Sequence record: OQ349392.1
Reading direction: 5' to 3' (one strand)
From: Escherichia phage KIT06
DNA: 64,000 nucleotides
The notes beneath the pieces are model-generated. The model had not been told where the DNA came from, searched no databases, and worked only from the letters and a program-made list of their open reading frames with translations. Numbering within the stretch: position 1 is the first letter of the stretch; every line of letters begins with the position of its first letter. Positions 1 to 10,116 of the stretch are shown here, piece by piece. The position numbers and the translations under genes were made by a program.

Positions 1-347
1 CTCAAGAGTGTGAACAAGAAGCAGTTGATATTTTCATGGAAGTTAACCGCCAAGAAAAAGATTGGGCAGTTCATTTATTTAAAGATGGCGATGTTCCTGG
101 ATTAAATACAAATAGCATGTGGAGCTTTATTGATTACTTAACTGTATCTCGTATGAAACAGTGCGGTCTTCCATGCCCAATTACTGATGCTCCGGTTAAA
201 CATCCGTATCCTTGGATTCGTGAATACCTTAATTCTGATAATGTTCAATCCGCGCCGCAAGAAGTAGAACTGTCATCTTACCTTGTAGCACAGATTGATA
301 ATGATGTTGATGATAAAGTTATGATGAGTTTTAAAAAATATTTTTAA
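1..347 (+). CDS. nrdB: Probable ribonucleotide reductase small subunit (NrdB), C-terminal fragment; 5' end lies outside the window
   Basis: Frame is open from window start to stop at 345-347; position immediately upstream of denA matches T4 order nrdB-denA-rnlA. Identity is by synteny only. Confidence 0.5.
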   Translation, partial: QECEQEAVDIFMEVNRQEKDWAVHLFKDGDVPGLNTNSMWSFIDYLTVSRMKQCGLPCPITDAPVKHPYPWIREYLNSDNVQSAPQEVELSSYLVAQIDNDVDDKVMMSFKKYF

Positions 348-351
348 GGAG

Positions 352-374
352 TGGGCCGCAAGGCCCATTTTATT
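352..374 (+). terminator. Hairpin (TGGGCC-GCAA-GGCCCA) plus T-run between nrdB and denA
   Basis: 6-bp GC stem with GNRA tetraloop followed by TTTTATT. Confidence 0.5.
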
Positions 375-1962
<1,588 letters not shown>

Positions 1963-1965
1963 GCT

Positions 1966-2019
1966 GTTTACAAGTCCCTCGTGTTGTGTTACAGTAGTCT
2001 TACTGACATAACATGAGGA
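1966..2019 (+). repeat. 54-bp perfect direct repeat, copy 1 (rnlA-alc intergenic); GTTTAC...CATGAGGA cassette
   Basis: gtttacaagtccctcgtgttgtgttacagtagtcttactgacataacatgagga, identical to 17061-17114; flanks differ on both sides. Confidence 0.85.
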
Positions 2020-2026
2020 CTTTATG

Positions 2027-2530
2027 ATGGATTTACAGCTTATTACTACTGAAATGGTCGTTGAAGCATACGGTGATACTACAGATGGGATTTCTGTATT
2101 TAAAGGAAATCGTCGAGTTGGATATATCACCGATCTTAAGAAAGATTTAGCTAAGCAAGTCAAGCGGAAAACGACTATTAAAGAATATCGAAATCGTCGC
2201 CTTGAGCAAGCCCGTGATATGCTTCCTGATGCGGTTGAGGAGATGAAAGTCTTTTTAGAAAATCAGCTTGCGAAATATGATTGTGATGTGTTCATTAATC
2301 AGACTCAACCTAATGTTCATATTAATAGCTGTAAATGCTACATCATCGTTAATCCTTTGACGGGAAAACATCGTCTTGGAATTAGTAATCCAAATCGTAG
2401 TGCATCAGATATGGCAGAAGATGTTGAGGCATGCTTTAAAATTTCTAAATCTCCGGCTGAACATCATATTTTAATTAACGGTCTTTCTCAAGACGATATT
2501 GTAGAGGTTATTAAAACTTTATGCATGTAA
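2027..2530 (+). CDS. alc: Alc (host transcription shutoff protein), 167 aa
   Basis: ORF 2024..2530 starts ATGATG; second ATG gives MDLQLITTEMVV as remembered for T4 Alc; lies directly downstream of rnlA as in T4. Confidence 0.8.
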   Translation: MDLQLITTEMVVEAYGDTTDGISVFKGNRRVGYITDLKKDLAKQVKRKTTIKEYRNRRLEQARDMLPDAVEEMKVFLENQLAKYDCDVFINQTQPNVHINSCKCYIIVNPLTGKHRLGISNPNRSASDMAEDVEACFKISKSPAEHHILINGLSQDDIVEVIKTLCM

Positions 2531-2874
2531 GTAATTTTACAGCTGGATTGCTATTACTTGTAATAGCATTTGGTGGAACATCTATTATTTTAAAAAATAA
2601 GGTAGAAAGATTAGAAACATCGGTTACTGAAATTACAAAAACGGCCAATGAAAACGCTTTAGCATTAGATAATTTGCGAATTCAGTATAATTATATTGAT
2701 GCGATGAATAATAAAAATCGTGAGGCAATTGCTGCTATTGAGCGTGAAAATGAAAAACTGCGCAAAGATGCAAAGAAGGCGGATGTGGTGGCTCATAAGC
2801 CAGGATTGGTTGAAAAACAAATCAACAACTCCTTCAACAAGTTCGCAGAAGACATCCAGGACCTTTCTAAATGA
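2521..2874 (+). CDS. Hypothetical membrane protein (pseT.3 position), 117 aa
   Basis: ORF track; ATG start overlapping alc stop; N-terminal hydrophobic helix FTAGLLLLVIAFGGTSIIL. Confidence 0.6.
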   Translation: MHVSNFTAGLLLLVIAFGGTSIILKNKVERLETSVTEITKTANENALALDNLRIQYNYIDAMNNKNREAIAAIERENEKLRKDAKKADVVAHKPGLVEKQINNSFNKFAEDIQDLSK

Positions 2875-3170
2875 TTAAACTATCGGCAGTAATATTATCT
2901 ATTGGTCTTCTAGTTGGTTGTTCGACAAAGCCTCTAGAAGTAAAGAAAGAAACAGTTCATCCTAATTGGCCTGTGCAAATAAAGTCATATGATGAAGCTA
3001 AACTATCTTGGCAAGTTAAAGTTATTGATGGTAAAGCTTGGGTCGGTATGCCATTTGAAGATTCCCAGGAATTTCGTATTTGGCTTAATGATGTAAAACG
3101 ATATGTACATGACCAAAAAACTATGATATGTTATTATCGTCAAGAGCTAAAAGAGGATAAATGTAAATGA
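2871..3170 (+). CDS. Hypothetical lipoprotein-like protein (pseT.2 position), 99 aa
   Basis: ORF track; signal peptide with lipobox-like LLVGCS; ATGA overlap with upstream stop. Confidence 0.6.
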   Translation: MIKLSAVILSIGLLVGCSTKPLEVKKETVHPNWPVQIKSYDEAKLSWQVKVIDGKAWVGMPFEDSQEFRIWLNDVKRYVHDQKTMICYYRQELKEDKCK

Positions 3171-3343
3171 TTTCATGGCATCAATTTGAACATCTCAAAG
3201 GATTGATTTATGAATCCGAGATGGCTGCAATGATTTATGGACGCCAGATTCAACGATTAGAATCTTTGCCTCCAACTAATGATGTTTTATTAGCTCAATC
3301 ACGCGCTAATCTTAAAAATGAATACCAAAATAAGTGGGGGTAA
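3167..3343 (+). CDS. Small hypothetical protein, 58 aa (below ORF-track cutoff)
   Basis: ATG at 3167 overlaps the TGA stop of the upstream ORF (ATGA coupling); open to TAA at 3341-3343; fills an otherwise empty gap in a tightly packed early operon. Confidence 0.4.
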   Translation: MISWHQFEHLKGLIYESEMAAMIYGRQIQRLESLPPTNDVLLAQSRANLKNEYQNKWG

Positions 3344-3394
3344 AGCATCTAAAGACCTGCATGATTATATTCAATCATTGGTTGAGAAAAATAA

Positions 3395-4602
<1,208 letters not shown>

Positions 4603-4666
4603 TGGCTTGGCACCATGAAACTTTGTCTATTATTGATTGGCTTGAAGAAAATTATGTGAGGTAAAT

Positions 4667-4942
4667 ATGTTTCCGACTTACTCTAAAATCGTAGAAGTAG
4701 TGTTTAGTCAAATTATCGCTAATAACATGTTTGAAAAGCTTGATAATGCAGCTGAGCTTCGAATCCACGCTCAAGTGACTCATGTATTGAACGCTTTGCT
4801 TCCAGACCAAGTGGATTCTATTGCAATTACGCTGTATCCAGGTTCCGCGCATATCATTGTCGTATTTGGTCTTGATGCTGAGCTAGTCATCAAAGGCGAT
4901 ATTCGTTTTGAATCGCAGACATCAGAATTCAAAGCAATTTAA
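4667..4942 (+). CDS. Hypothetical protein, 91 aa
   Basis: ORF track; position in pseT-cd interval. Confidence 0.55.
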   Translation: MFPTYSKIVEVVFSQIIANNMFEKLDNAAELRIHAQVTHVLNALLPDQVDSIAITLYPGSAHIIVVFGLDAELVIKGDIRFESQTSEFKAI

Positions 4943-4944
4943 TA

Positions 4945-4975
4945 GTTTACTTTACGGTAGAGTTGTGATATTATA
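4945..4975 (+). promoter_or_regulatory. Early-type promoter candidate (GTTTAC -35, about 18 bp spacer, TATTAT -10) with embedded 7-bp stem-loop
   Basis: gtttac...ggtagag-ttgtgatattatag-ctctacc; upstream of ORF 5004. Confidence 0.45.
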
Positions 4976-5003
4976 GCTCTACCAAACAAATGAGGAAATT
5001 GAA

Positions 5004-5240
5004 ATGCTAAGTGAAAAACCAATTACTGTTAAAGAATTCCAAGAAAAAGTTAAACTATTTGCTCAGGAATTGGTAAATAAAGTTTCTGAACGATTTCCTG
5101 AAACATCGGTTCGTGTTATTACCGAAACTCCTCGTTCAGTATTAGTAATTGTGAATCCAGGTGATGGTGACCAAATAACACATCTCAAATTGGATTTTGA
5201 TGGATTAGTTGAAGCACAAAGGGTGTATGGCGTACTATGA
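5004..5240 (+). CDS. Hypothetical protein, 78 aa
   Basis: ORF track; ATG preceded by GAGGAA SD and an early-promoter-like element. Confidence 0.6.
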   Translation: MLSEKPITVKEFQEKVKLFAQELVNKVSERFPETSVRVITETPRSVLVIVNPGDGDQITHLKLDFDGLVEAQRVYGVL

Positions 5241-5575
5241 TGAATTTAACTGATATAATTGATAATTGTCTTGAAAATGATACTGGCGATCATAGAGCGC
5301 TTGACTCTGAAACAGCACAGTTCATTAGAATAACTTTAATGAATGATACTCTAGTGAATAGTATTCATCCTTCTGTGTATGATGCTATTATTGTGACGAA
5401 GTATCCAGTTGAGCTTCACAAAAAGATGGCTGGTGCAATTTTTATTGATAAGAAAAACCGCTTTAAAGATGGGCAGAATATAATTAGTTCTGTTATTAAA
5501 AGTATAACTAAACTTCGTCACGAAATTTATCGTGTTGAAACCGCTAAATCTGCTTATCTGGTGATTATGAAATGA
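5237..5575 (+). CDS. Hypothetical protein, 112 aa
   Basis: ORF track; start overlaps upstream stop (translational coupling). Confidence 0.6.
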   Translation: MMNLTDIIDNCLENDTGDHRALDSETAQFIRITLMNDTLVNSIHPSVYDAIIVTKYPVELHKKMAGAIFIDKKNRFKDGQNIISSVIKSITKLRHEIYRVETAKSAYLVIMK

Positions 5576-6153
5576 AAGCGAGTACAGTACTTCAAATTGC
5601 ATATTTAGTATCACAAGAATCCAAATGTTGCTCCTGGAAGGTAGGAGCAGTAATTGAAAAGAATGGACGTATTATTTCTACTGGATATAACGGTTCTCCG
5701 GCAGGTGGTGTGAATTGCTGTGATTATGCTGCCGAGCAAGGTTGGTTGTTGAATAAACCTAAACATACTATCATTCAAGGTCATAAGCCCGAATGTGTAT
5801 CATTTAGTTCAACTGAACGTTTTGTCTTAGCGAAAGAACACCGTAGTGCTCACTCTGAATGGTCGTCTAAAAATGAAATTCACGCTGAACTAAATGCAAT
5901 TTTGTTTGCTGCACGAAATGGTTCTTCAATTGAAGGCGCTACTATGTATGTAACACTTTCTCCTTGCCCAGATTGTGCAAAAGCAATAGCTCAATCTGGA
6001 ATTAAAAAGTTGGTTTATTGTGAAACGTACGATAAAAATAAACCTGGCTGGGATGATATTCTGCGAAATGCGGGTATTGAAGTGTTTAATGTTCCTAAGA
6101 AAAACTTGAATAAGTTAAACTGGGAAAATATCAACGAATTCTGCGGTGAATAA
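5572..6153 (+). CDS. cd: dCMP deaminase, 193 aa
   Basis: Zinc-binding cytidine/dCMP deaminase motifs HAELNAI and PCPDCAKAI; length and position as in T4. Confidence 0.9.
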   Translation: MKASTVLQIAYLVSQESKCCSWKVGAVIEKNGRIISTGYNGSPAGGVNCCDYAAEQGWLLNKPKHTIIQGHKPECVSFSSTERFVLAKEHRSAHSEWSSKNEIHAELNAILFAARNGSSIEGATMYVTLSPCPDCAKAIAQSGIKKLVYCETYDKNKPGWDDILRNAGIEVFNVPKKNLNKLNWENINEFCGE

Positions 6154-6389
6154 TGAAATTTCGTTTGGTACAACTCACAGCAATTAGTTCTTATTCTAAT
6201 GAGAACATTTCATTTGCTGTAGAGTATAAGAAGCATTTTTTCTCTAAATGGAAGCAGTATTATAAGTCAAACTGGGTTTGTATTGATAATCCACATAGTT
6301 GGAAATCTGATTTAGAAAAATGCCAAAAATTGCTTTCCACTCTTAAAGAACGTGGAACAACTCATATTAAAACTGTGATAGGTAAATAA
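6153..6389 (+). CDS. Hypothetical protein (31.2 position), 78 aa
   Basis: ORF track; coupled to cd stop. Confidence 0.6.
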   Translation: MKFRLVQLTAISSYSNENISFAVEYKKHFFSKWKQYYKSNWVCIDNPHSWKSDLEKCQKLLSTLKERGTTHIKTVIGK

Positions 6390-6698
6390 ATGAAACTGAC
6401 GACTGAACAGAAAGTAGCAATTCGTGAAATTTTGAAAACTAAATTGTCCATGGGTATTTCAAACGTAGTTTTTGAAAAGTCTGATGGTACTATTCGTACT
6501 ATGAAAGGCACTCGTGATGCAGACTTTATGCCAACCATGCAAACCGGTAAATTGACTGAATCGACTCGGAAAGAATCTACTGATATGATTCCAGTATTTG
6601 ATGTTGAGCTTGGTGCATGGCGAGGTTTTTCTATTGACAAATTGATTTCCGTTAATGGTATGAAAGTTGAGCATTTGCTTCAATTTATTGGTAAATAA
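6390..6698 (+). CDS. Hypothetical protein (31.1 position), 102 aa
   Basis: ORF track. Confidence 0.6.
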   Translation: MKLTTEQKVAIREILKTKLSMGISNVVFEKSDGTIRTMKGTRDADFMPTMQTGKLTESTRKESTDMIPVFDVELGAWRGFSIDKLISVNGMKVEHLLQFIGK

Positions 6699-6725
6699 AT
6701 GCTTTAAGAATTATTTGTTATTATT
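6697..6725 (+). promoter_or_regulatory. Middle promoter candidate for gene 31: MotA box TGCTTTA plus TATTAT -10
   Basis: aaaTGCTTtA at 6697-6706, TATTAT at 6719-6724 (about 12 bp between). Confidence 0.5.
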
Positions 6726-6754
6726 AATTCATCTGTTAACAAAAAGGAAAAACG

Positions 6755-7090
6755 ATGTCTGAAGTACAACAGCTACCAATTCGTGCTGTCGGTGAATATG
6801 TTATTTTAGTTTCTGAACCTGCACAAGCCGGTGATGAAGAAGTCACAGAATCAGGACTCATTATCGGTAAACGTGTTCAAGGTGAAGTTCCTGAACTGTG
6901 TGTAGTTCACTCTGTTGGTCCTGATGTTCCTGAAGGTTTCTGCGAAGTTGGTGATTTGACTTCTCTTCCAGTTGGTCAAATTCGAAACGTTCCGCATCCT
7001 TTTGTAGCTCTGGGTCTTAAGCAGCCAAAAGAAATTAAACAAAAATTCGTTACCTGTCACTATAAAGCTATTCCGTGTCTTTATAAGTGA
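6755..7090 (+). CDS. 31: Co-chaperonin gp31 (GroES analogue for capsid protein folding), 111 aa
   Basis: Sequence [22 protein letters not shown]... matches remembered T4 gp31; preceded by a MotA-box middle promoter. Confidence 0.9.
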
Positions 7091-7098
7091 TATAAATA
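7091..7098 (+). promoter_or_regulatory. TATAAATA late-promoter motif between gene 31 and rIII
   Basis: Exact TATAAATA right after gene 31 stop; lies 140 nt upstream of the rIII ATG, so its function is uncertain. Confidence 0.3.
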
Positions 7099-7237
7099 AT
7101 AATATGAATTGGGTGTCGGAATAATAAGTTAACCGAACAATTCTATGTGGTAGTCTACAACTGAGAGATCTGTCGAAAGAAGATGAAATTCAGAAGAACG
7201 TGACTACCGAGTTTTAATCTCTAACGAGAATTTTTAA

Positions 7238-7486
7238 ATGATTAAACAATTACAACACGCTCTTGAACTGCAACGAAACGCATGGAATAATGGTCACGAA
7301 AACTATGGCGCATCTATTGATGTTGAAGCCGAAGCTCTTGAAATCCTGCGTTATTTCAAACATCTGAATCCTGCTCAAACTGCATTAGCTGCTGAGCTCC
7401 AGGAAAAAGATGAACTTAAGTATGCTAAGCCTCTGGCTTCTGCTGCACGAAAAGCAGTTCGTCACTTTGTGGTAACACTGAAGTAA
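7238..7486 (+). CDS. rIII: rIII lysis inhibition accessory protein, 82 aa
   Basis: 82-aa ORF MIKQLQHALELQRNAWNNGHENYG matches remembered T4 RIII; position after gene 31. Confidence 0.85.
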   Translation: MIKQLQHALELQRNAWNNGHENYGASIDVEAEALEILRYFKHLNPAQTALAAELQEKDELKYAKPLASAARKAVRHFVVTLK

Positions 7487-7883
7487 TTTATTGGAGATTC
7501 ACTGCCTTAGTGTGAGCTAAAATCGAGGAGCCGTCGAACTGTCTGATTAATGATTTGCGAATCATTATAGTTTTAAGACCCCGGCAGTTTTACGGTGTAC
7601 CTCTTGAATGTTATTCTTATAGCGGCAAGTGCATGCTACCCCGAGGTGATGGCTAATCGGGAGTACGCCTCAAGGCCTATATATCCATCAGTATATATCT
7701 TATCCTCGAGAAATCGAACCCGGAACCTTTAAGCTAACGGTGTGCAACAGATAAGAGCTATAAGGTATGATGACGGGTTTATGGTTATCCTGTCGGTAAA
7801 TATTCAAAACCTAAGTACCCCTTTGAGGGCTTTCGCAGGCAATGCCAATAAGTCCTGCATTTTCATTTAAAAGAGAATTTATA

Positions 7884-8060
7884 ATGGCAAAACAAGCTAA
7901 AGCAAAGAAAGCAGTTGAAAAGAAAGTTGGTGATTCTAAACGCGCTGGCTACAAGCGTGGGTCGAACTCTCGTATCAATCAAACTGTTGAGAAGATCATG
8001 CGCCGAGCACGTGCGGTTCTTCGAGATGATGCTTCTCGTTTTGGTAAGCAGAAAGCATAA
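7884..8060 (+). CDS. Small lysine/arginine-rich hypothetical protein, 58 aa (30.9 position)
   Basis: ORF track 7842..8060; ATG at 7884 (MAKQAKAKKAVEKK...) preferred; followed immediately by a strong hairpin-plus-T-run terminator. Confidence 0.5.
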   Translation: MAKQAKAKKAVEKKVGDSKRAGYKRGSNSRINQTVEKIMRRARAVLRDDASRFGKQKA

Positions 8061-8064
8061 GTTG

Positions 8065-8094
8065 AGGACTCCTTCGGGAGTCCTTTTTTATTTT
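8065..8094 (+). terminator. Intrinsic terminator: 8-bp stem AGGACTCC-TTCG-GGAGTCCT plus TTTTTTATTTT
   Basis: Perfect stem, UUCG tetraloop, long T-run immediately after the 58-aa ORF stop. Confidence 0.65.
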
Positions 8095-8113
8095 CCAAAG
8101 ATTGCACAAAGTT

Positions 8114-8143
8114 GTTTACAGTATAGTTCCTTTGTGATAGTAT
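8114..8143 (+). promoter_or_regulatory. Early-type promoter candidate (GTTTAC ... TAGTAT) within a CACAAAG/CTTTGTG stem-loop
   Basis: gtttac at 8114-8119, -10-like tagtat about 18 bp downstream; upstream of ORF 8171. Confidence 0.45.
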
Positions 8144-8170
8144 TATCTTACACAAACAAAGGAGAATAAA

Positions 8171-8503
8171 ATGAAAACGATTAATCTGAACGCTACAGTT
8201 AAAACTAAATGCTTCAATGGTAAATATGATGAAACTATGTGGTTCTTAATGGCAGTTGAAGGTGATATTATTGAAGTAGAAACAACAGAAGGTATGGGAA
8301 CAGATTTCACCTTTACAATTCAAGTTCATAATTTCTTTACTGGTTGGATTTATGAATTGAATACAGTAATCGTTGGAAAAATTGAACAAAATGAATTGGG
8401 TGAATGGTATTATGTTACAGCTCGCCAGCGTGCCGAACGCTTAATTGAGAAGATGAAAAAAGTTGGTAAACTTGACATGCAGCACTGGAAAGTAGTAAAA
8501 TAA
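8171..8503 (+). CDS. Hypothetical protein, 110 aa
   Basis: ORF track; GGAGAATAAAATG ribosome-binding context; early-promoter-like element upstream. Confidence 0.65.
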   Translation: MKTINLNATVKTKCFNGKYDETMWFLMAVEGDIIEVETTEGMGTDFTFTIQVHNFFTGWIYELNTVIVGKIEQNELGEWYYVTARQRAERLIEKMKKVGKLDMQHWKVVK

Positions 8504-8505
8504 TT

Positions 8506-8535
8506 GTTTACTTTGGTACAGGATATGATATTATA
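8506..8535 (+). promoter_or_regulatory. Early-type promoter candidate (GTTTAC ... TATTAT) with GGTACAGG/CCTGTACC stem-loop
   Basis: gtttac at 8506-8511, tattat about 17 bp downstream inside hairpin loop; upstream of ORF 8572. Confidence 0.45.
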
Positions 8536-8571
8536 TACCTGTACCGCAATTAAACATCTCGGAGAATAAAA

Positions 8572-8937
8572 ATGAACTACATCAACTTTGAACGTAAATA
8601 TGTTTCTAATGGTATTGCAGGTTCTATTGATACTATCTGCCTTTGGAAACATCAAAATGGATCAGTATGCGAAATTGAACAGTATATGACTCCTAACTAC
8701 GTTTATATGCGATTTGAAAATGGCATCACGGTTTCAATCACGAAAGAAGGTTCTTCTTTTAAAATCGCATTAGATGATGATTTCCGTCAACGTGATTTAG
8801 GTACCCATCCTTGCTGGAACGGCGTTAATCGTAAGCTTCTGGTTAAAACTTGGATTCGTCATATTCTGAGTAACAGAGCTAAACCTGAGCATCTTGAAGC
8901 GATCTTTGATGTAGTTCTTAACGAATTTGATATTTAA
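8572..8937 (+). CDS. Hypothetical protein, 121 aa
   Basis: ORF track; same GGAGAATAAAAATG context as previous gene. Confidence 0.65.
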   Translation: MNYINFERKYVSNGIAGSIDTICLWKHQNGSVCEIEQYMTPNYVYMRFENGITVSITKEGSSFKIALDDDFRQRDLGTHPCWNGVNRKLLVKTWIRHILSNRAKPEHLEAIFDVVLNEFDI

Positions 8938-8977
8938 AATAAAACAGGGGCTTCGGCCCCTTACTGAGGAAAATACT

Positions 8978-9265
8978 ATGTTTATGACTACTTATTTTGA
9001 TACCCGTAAAAACTTCTGTGAAGTAGTTTTCTCTAAGGCGCCTAAAGACCTTCCTGCTCATTTGCAACCTACCAGTGAATCAATTAAAAACTACGTTAAT
9101 GTAGTCTGCCCTTTAGAGTTTCGTACTGTAAATGGGCGTGATACTCTAGCTATCACTAAACTTAATCGTGAAATTGACATTGACCCTTCAATTGCGCGTG
9201 AAATTAACATTTCTGATATTGGCGGCGGTAATGTTAAATCGCATGGTTTTCAGATGAGGTTCTAA
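8978..9265 (+). CDS. Hypothetical protein, 95 aa
   Basis: ORF track 8927..9265 starts at TTG inside a hairpin; trimmed to ATG at 8978 preceded by GAGGA. Confidence 0.6.
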   Translation: MFMTTYFDTRKNFCEVVFSKAPKDLPAHLQPTSESIKNYVNVVCPLEFRTVNGRDTLAITKLNREIDIDPSIAREINISDIGGGNVKSHGFQMRF

Positions 9266-9462
9266 TGAAATTCTTTTTAGGTCAAACTGTTGAATTAAAG
9301 GGAGTTGGTATACCTGGATTAATTTCTAAGGTTCTATCTCCATTTAAATGGAGTGGTATTCAAATAAAAGAGGCTTATATTGTTTCCTGGGTAGATGGAA
9401 ATGAAGACCTTCGTATGGGCGATGAATTATCTCCTATCTATGGATTAAAGGAATTAGTATGA
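9265..9462 (+). CDS. Hypothetical protein, 65 aa
   Basis: ORF track; TAATG overlap with upstream gene. Confidence 0.55.
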   Translation: MKFFLGQTVELKGVGIPGLISKVLSPFKWSGIQIKEAYIVSWVDGNEDLRMGDELSPIYGLKELV

Positions 9463-9665
9463 ATATAATTAATAAGATTTTTGGAATTCAGTACATTAAG
9501 GTCACATATAAAGTAACGTATAAAGGTCCGTATACCGATGAACATGAAGAGCCGCAAGTTAAGTCTATTATATTAGAAAAGGACCCTAACTGGCCAATTG
9601 AATTTCGTCTTCCTTGCTATGGTCATTGGGCTGATGTTGAAATTATAAGTATTGAAAATGTCTGA
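9459..9665 (+). CDS. Hypothetical protein, 68 aa
   Basis: ORF track; ATGA overlap with upstream gene. Confidence 0.55.
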   Translation: MNIINKIFGIQYIKVTYKVTYKGPYTDEHEEPQVKSIILEKDPNWPIEFRLPCYGHWADVEIISIENV

Positions 9666-10116
9666 GTTAGAGATTAGAAGCAATTTTAGATGGCCATCAT
9701 GTGCATTAAGTAATTTCGCCCAATGGCCTTTTGTTATGGATGGTATCCAATTTGGAGGTCTCGAAGGATTCCTCCAAGGATGCAAGGTGAAAAATGTTGA
9801 ACAACAGCGTCGTATATTTGGGTTATCCGGGCTTGCCGCCCAACAAGCTGGAAGGTCTTATGCAAGAGCTCAGGACCATGGCACGTTGTTCTGGCTTGGA
9901 ACTCCGTTTTCAAGATATTCCGAAGCATGGAAAGAATTATACACAAATGCATATTTTGAAGCCGCGATCCAAAACAAGGGGTTTCGTGATGCCTTACAAG
10001 CCTCTAAAGGAAAAATTTTGAAGCACAGCATGGCTAGCGGTCTAACAAAAGATGATACAATACTAACCGAAGCTGAATTTATTGATGTGTTAAACCTATT
10101 AAGAGACTCTCTATGA
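9658..10116 (+). CDS. NADAR/YbiA-like (DUF1768-type) protein, 152 aa (30.3 position)
   Basis: ORF track 9652..10116 starts at TTG; ATG at 9658. Segment ALSNFAQWPFVMDGIQFGGLEGFLQGCK resembles the remembered YbiA/NADAR core (SNFxxWP...DG...F...E..FQ..K). Family assignment is from memory of the motif only. Confidence 0.6.
   Translation: MSELEIRSNFRWPSCALSNFAQWPFVMDGIQFGGLEGFLQGCKVKNVEQQRRIFGLSGLAAQQAGRSYARAQDHGTLFWLGTPFSRYSEAWKELYTNAYFEAAIQNKGFRDALQASKGKILKHSMASGLTKDDTILTEAEFIDVLNLLRDSL

Noticed and set aside
7700-7735. Possible tRNA on the minus strand (TCGAACC-like T-loop signature in gagaaatcgaacccggaacc)
   Set aside because: Reverse complement does not give a complementary T-stem or a plausible acceptor stem; no cloverleaf could be drawn.
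8947-8960. Hairpin GGGGC-TTCG-GCCCC as intrinsic terminator
   Set aside because: Not followed by a T-run and lies 18 nt upstream of the next start codon within the same operon; more likely an RNA stability or processing element. Not listed as a terminator.
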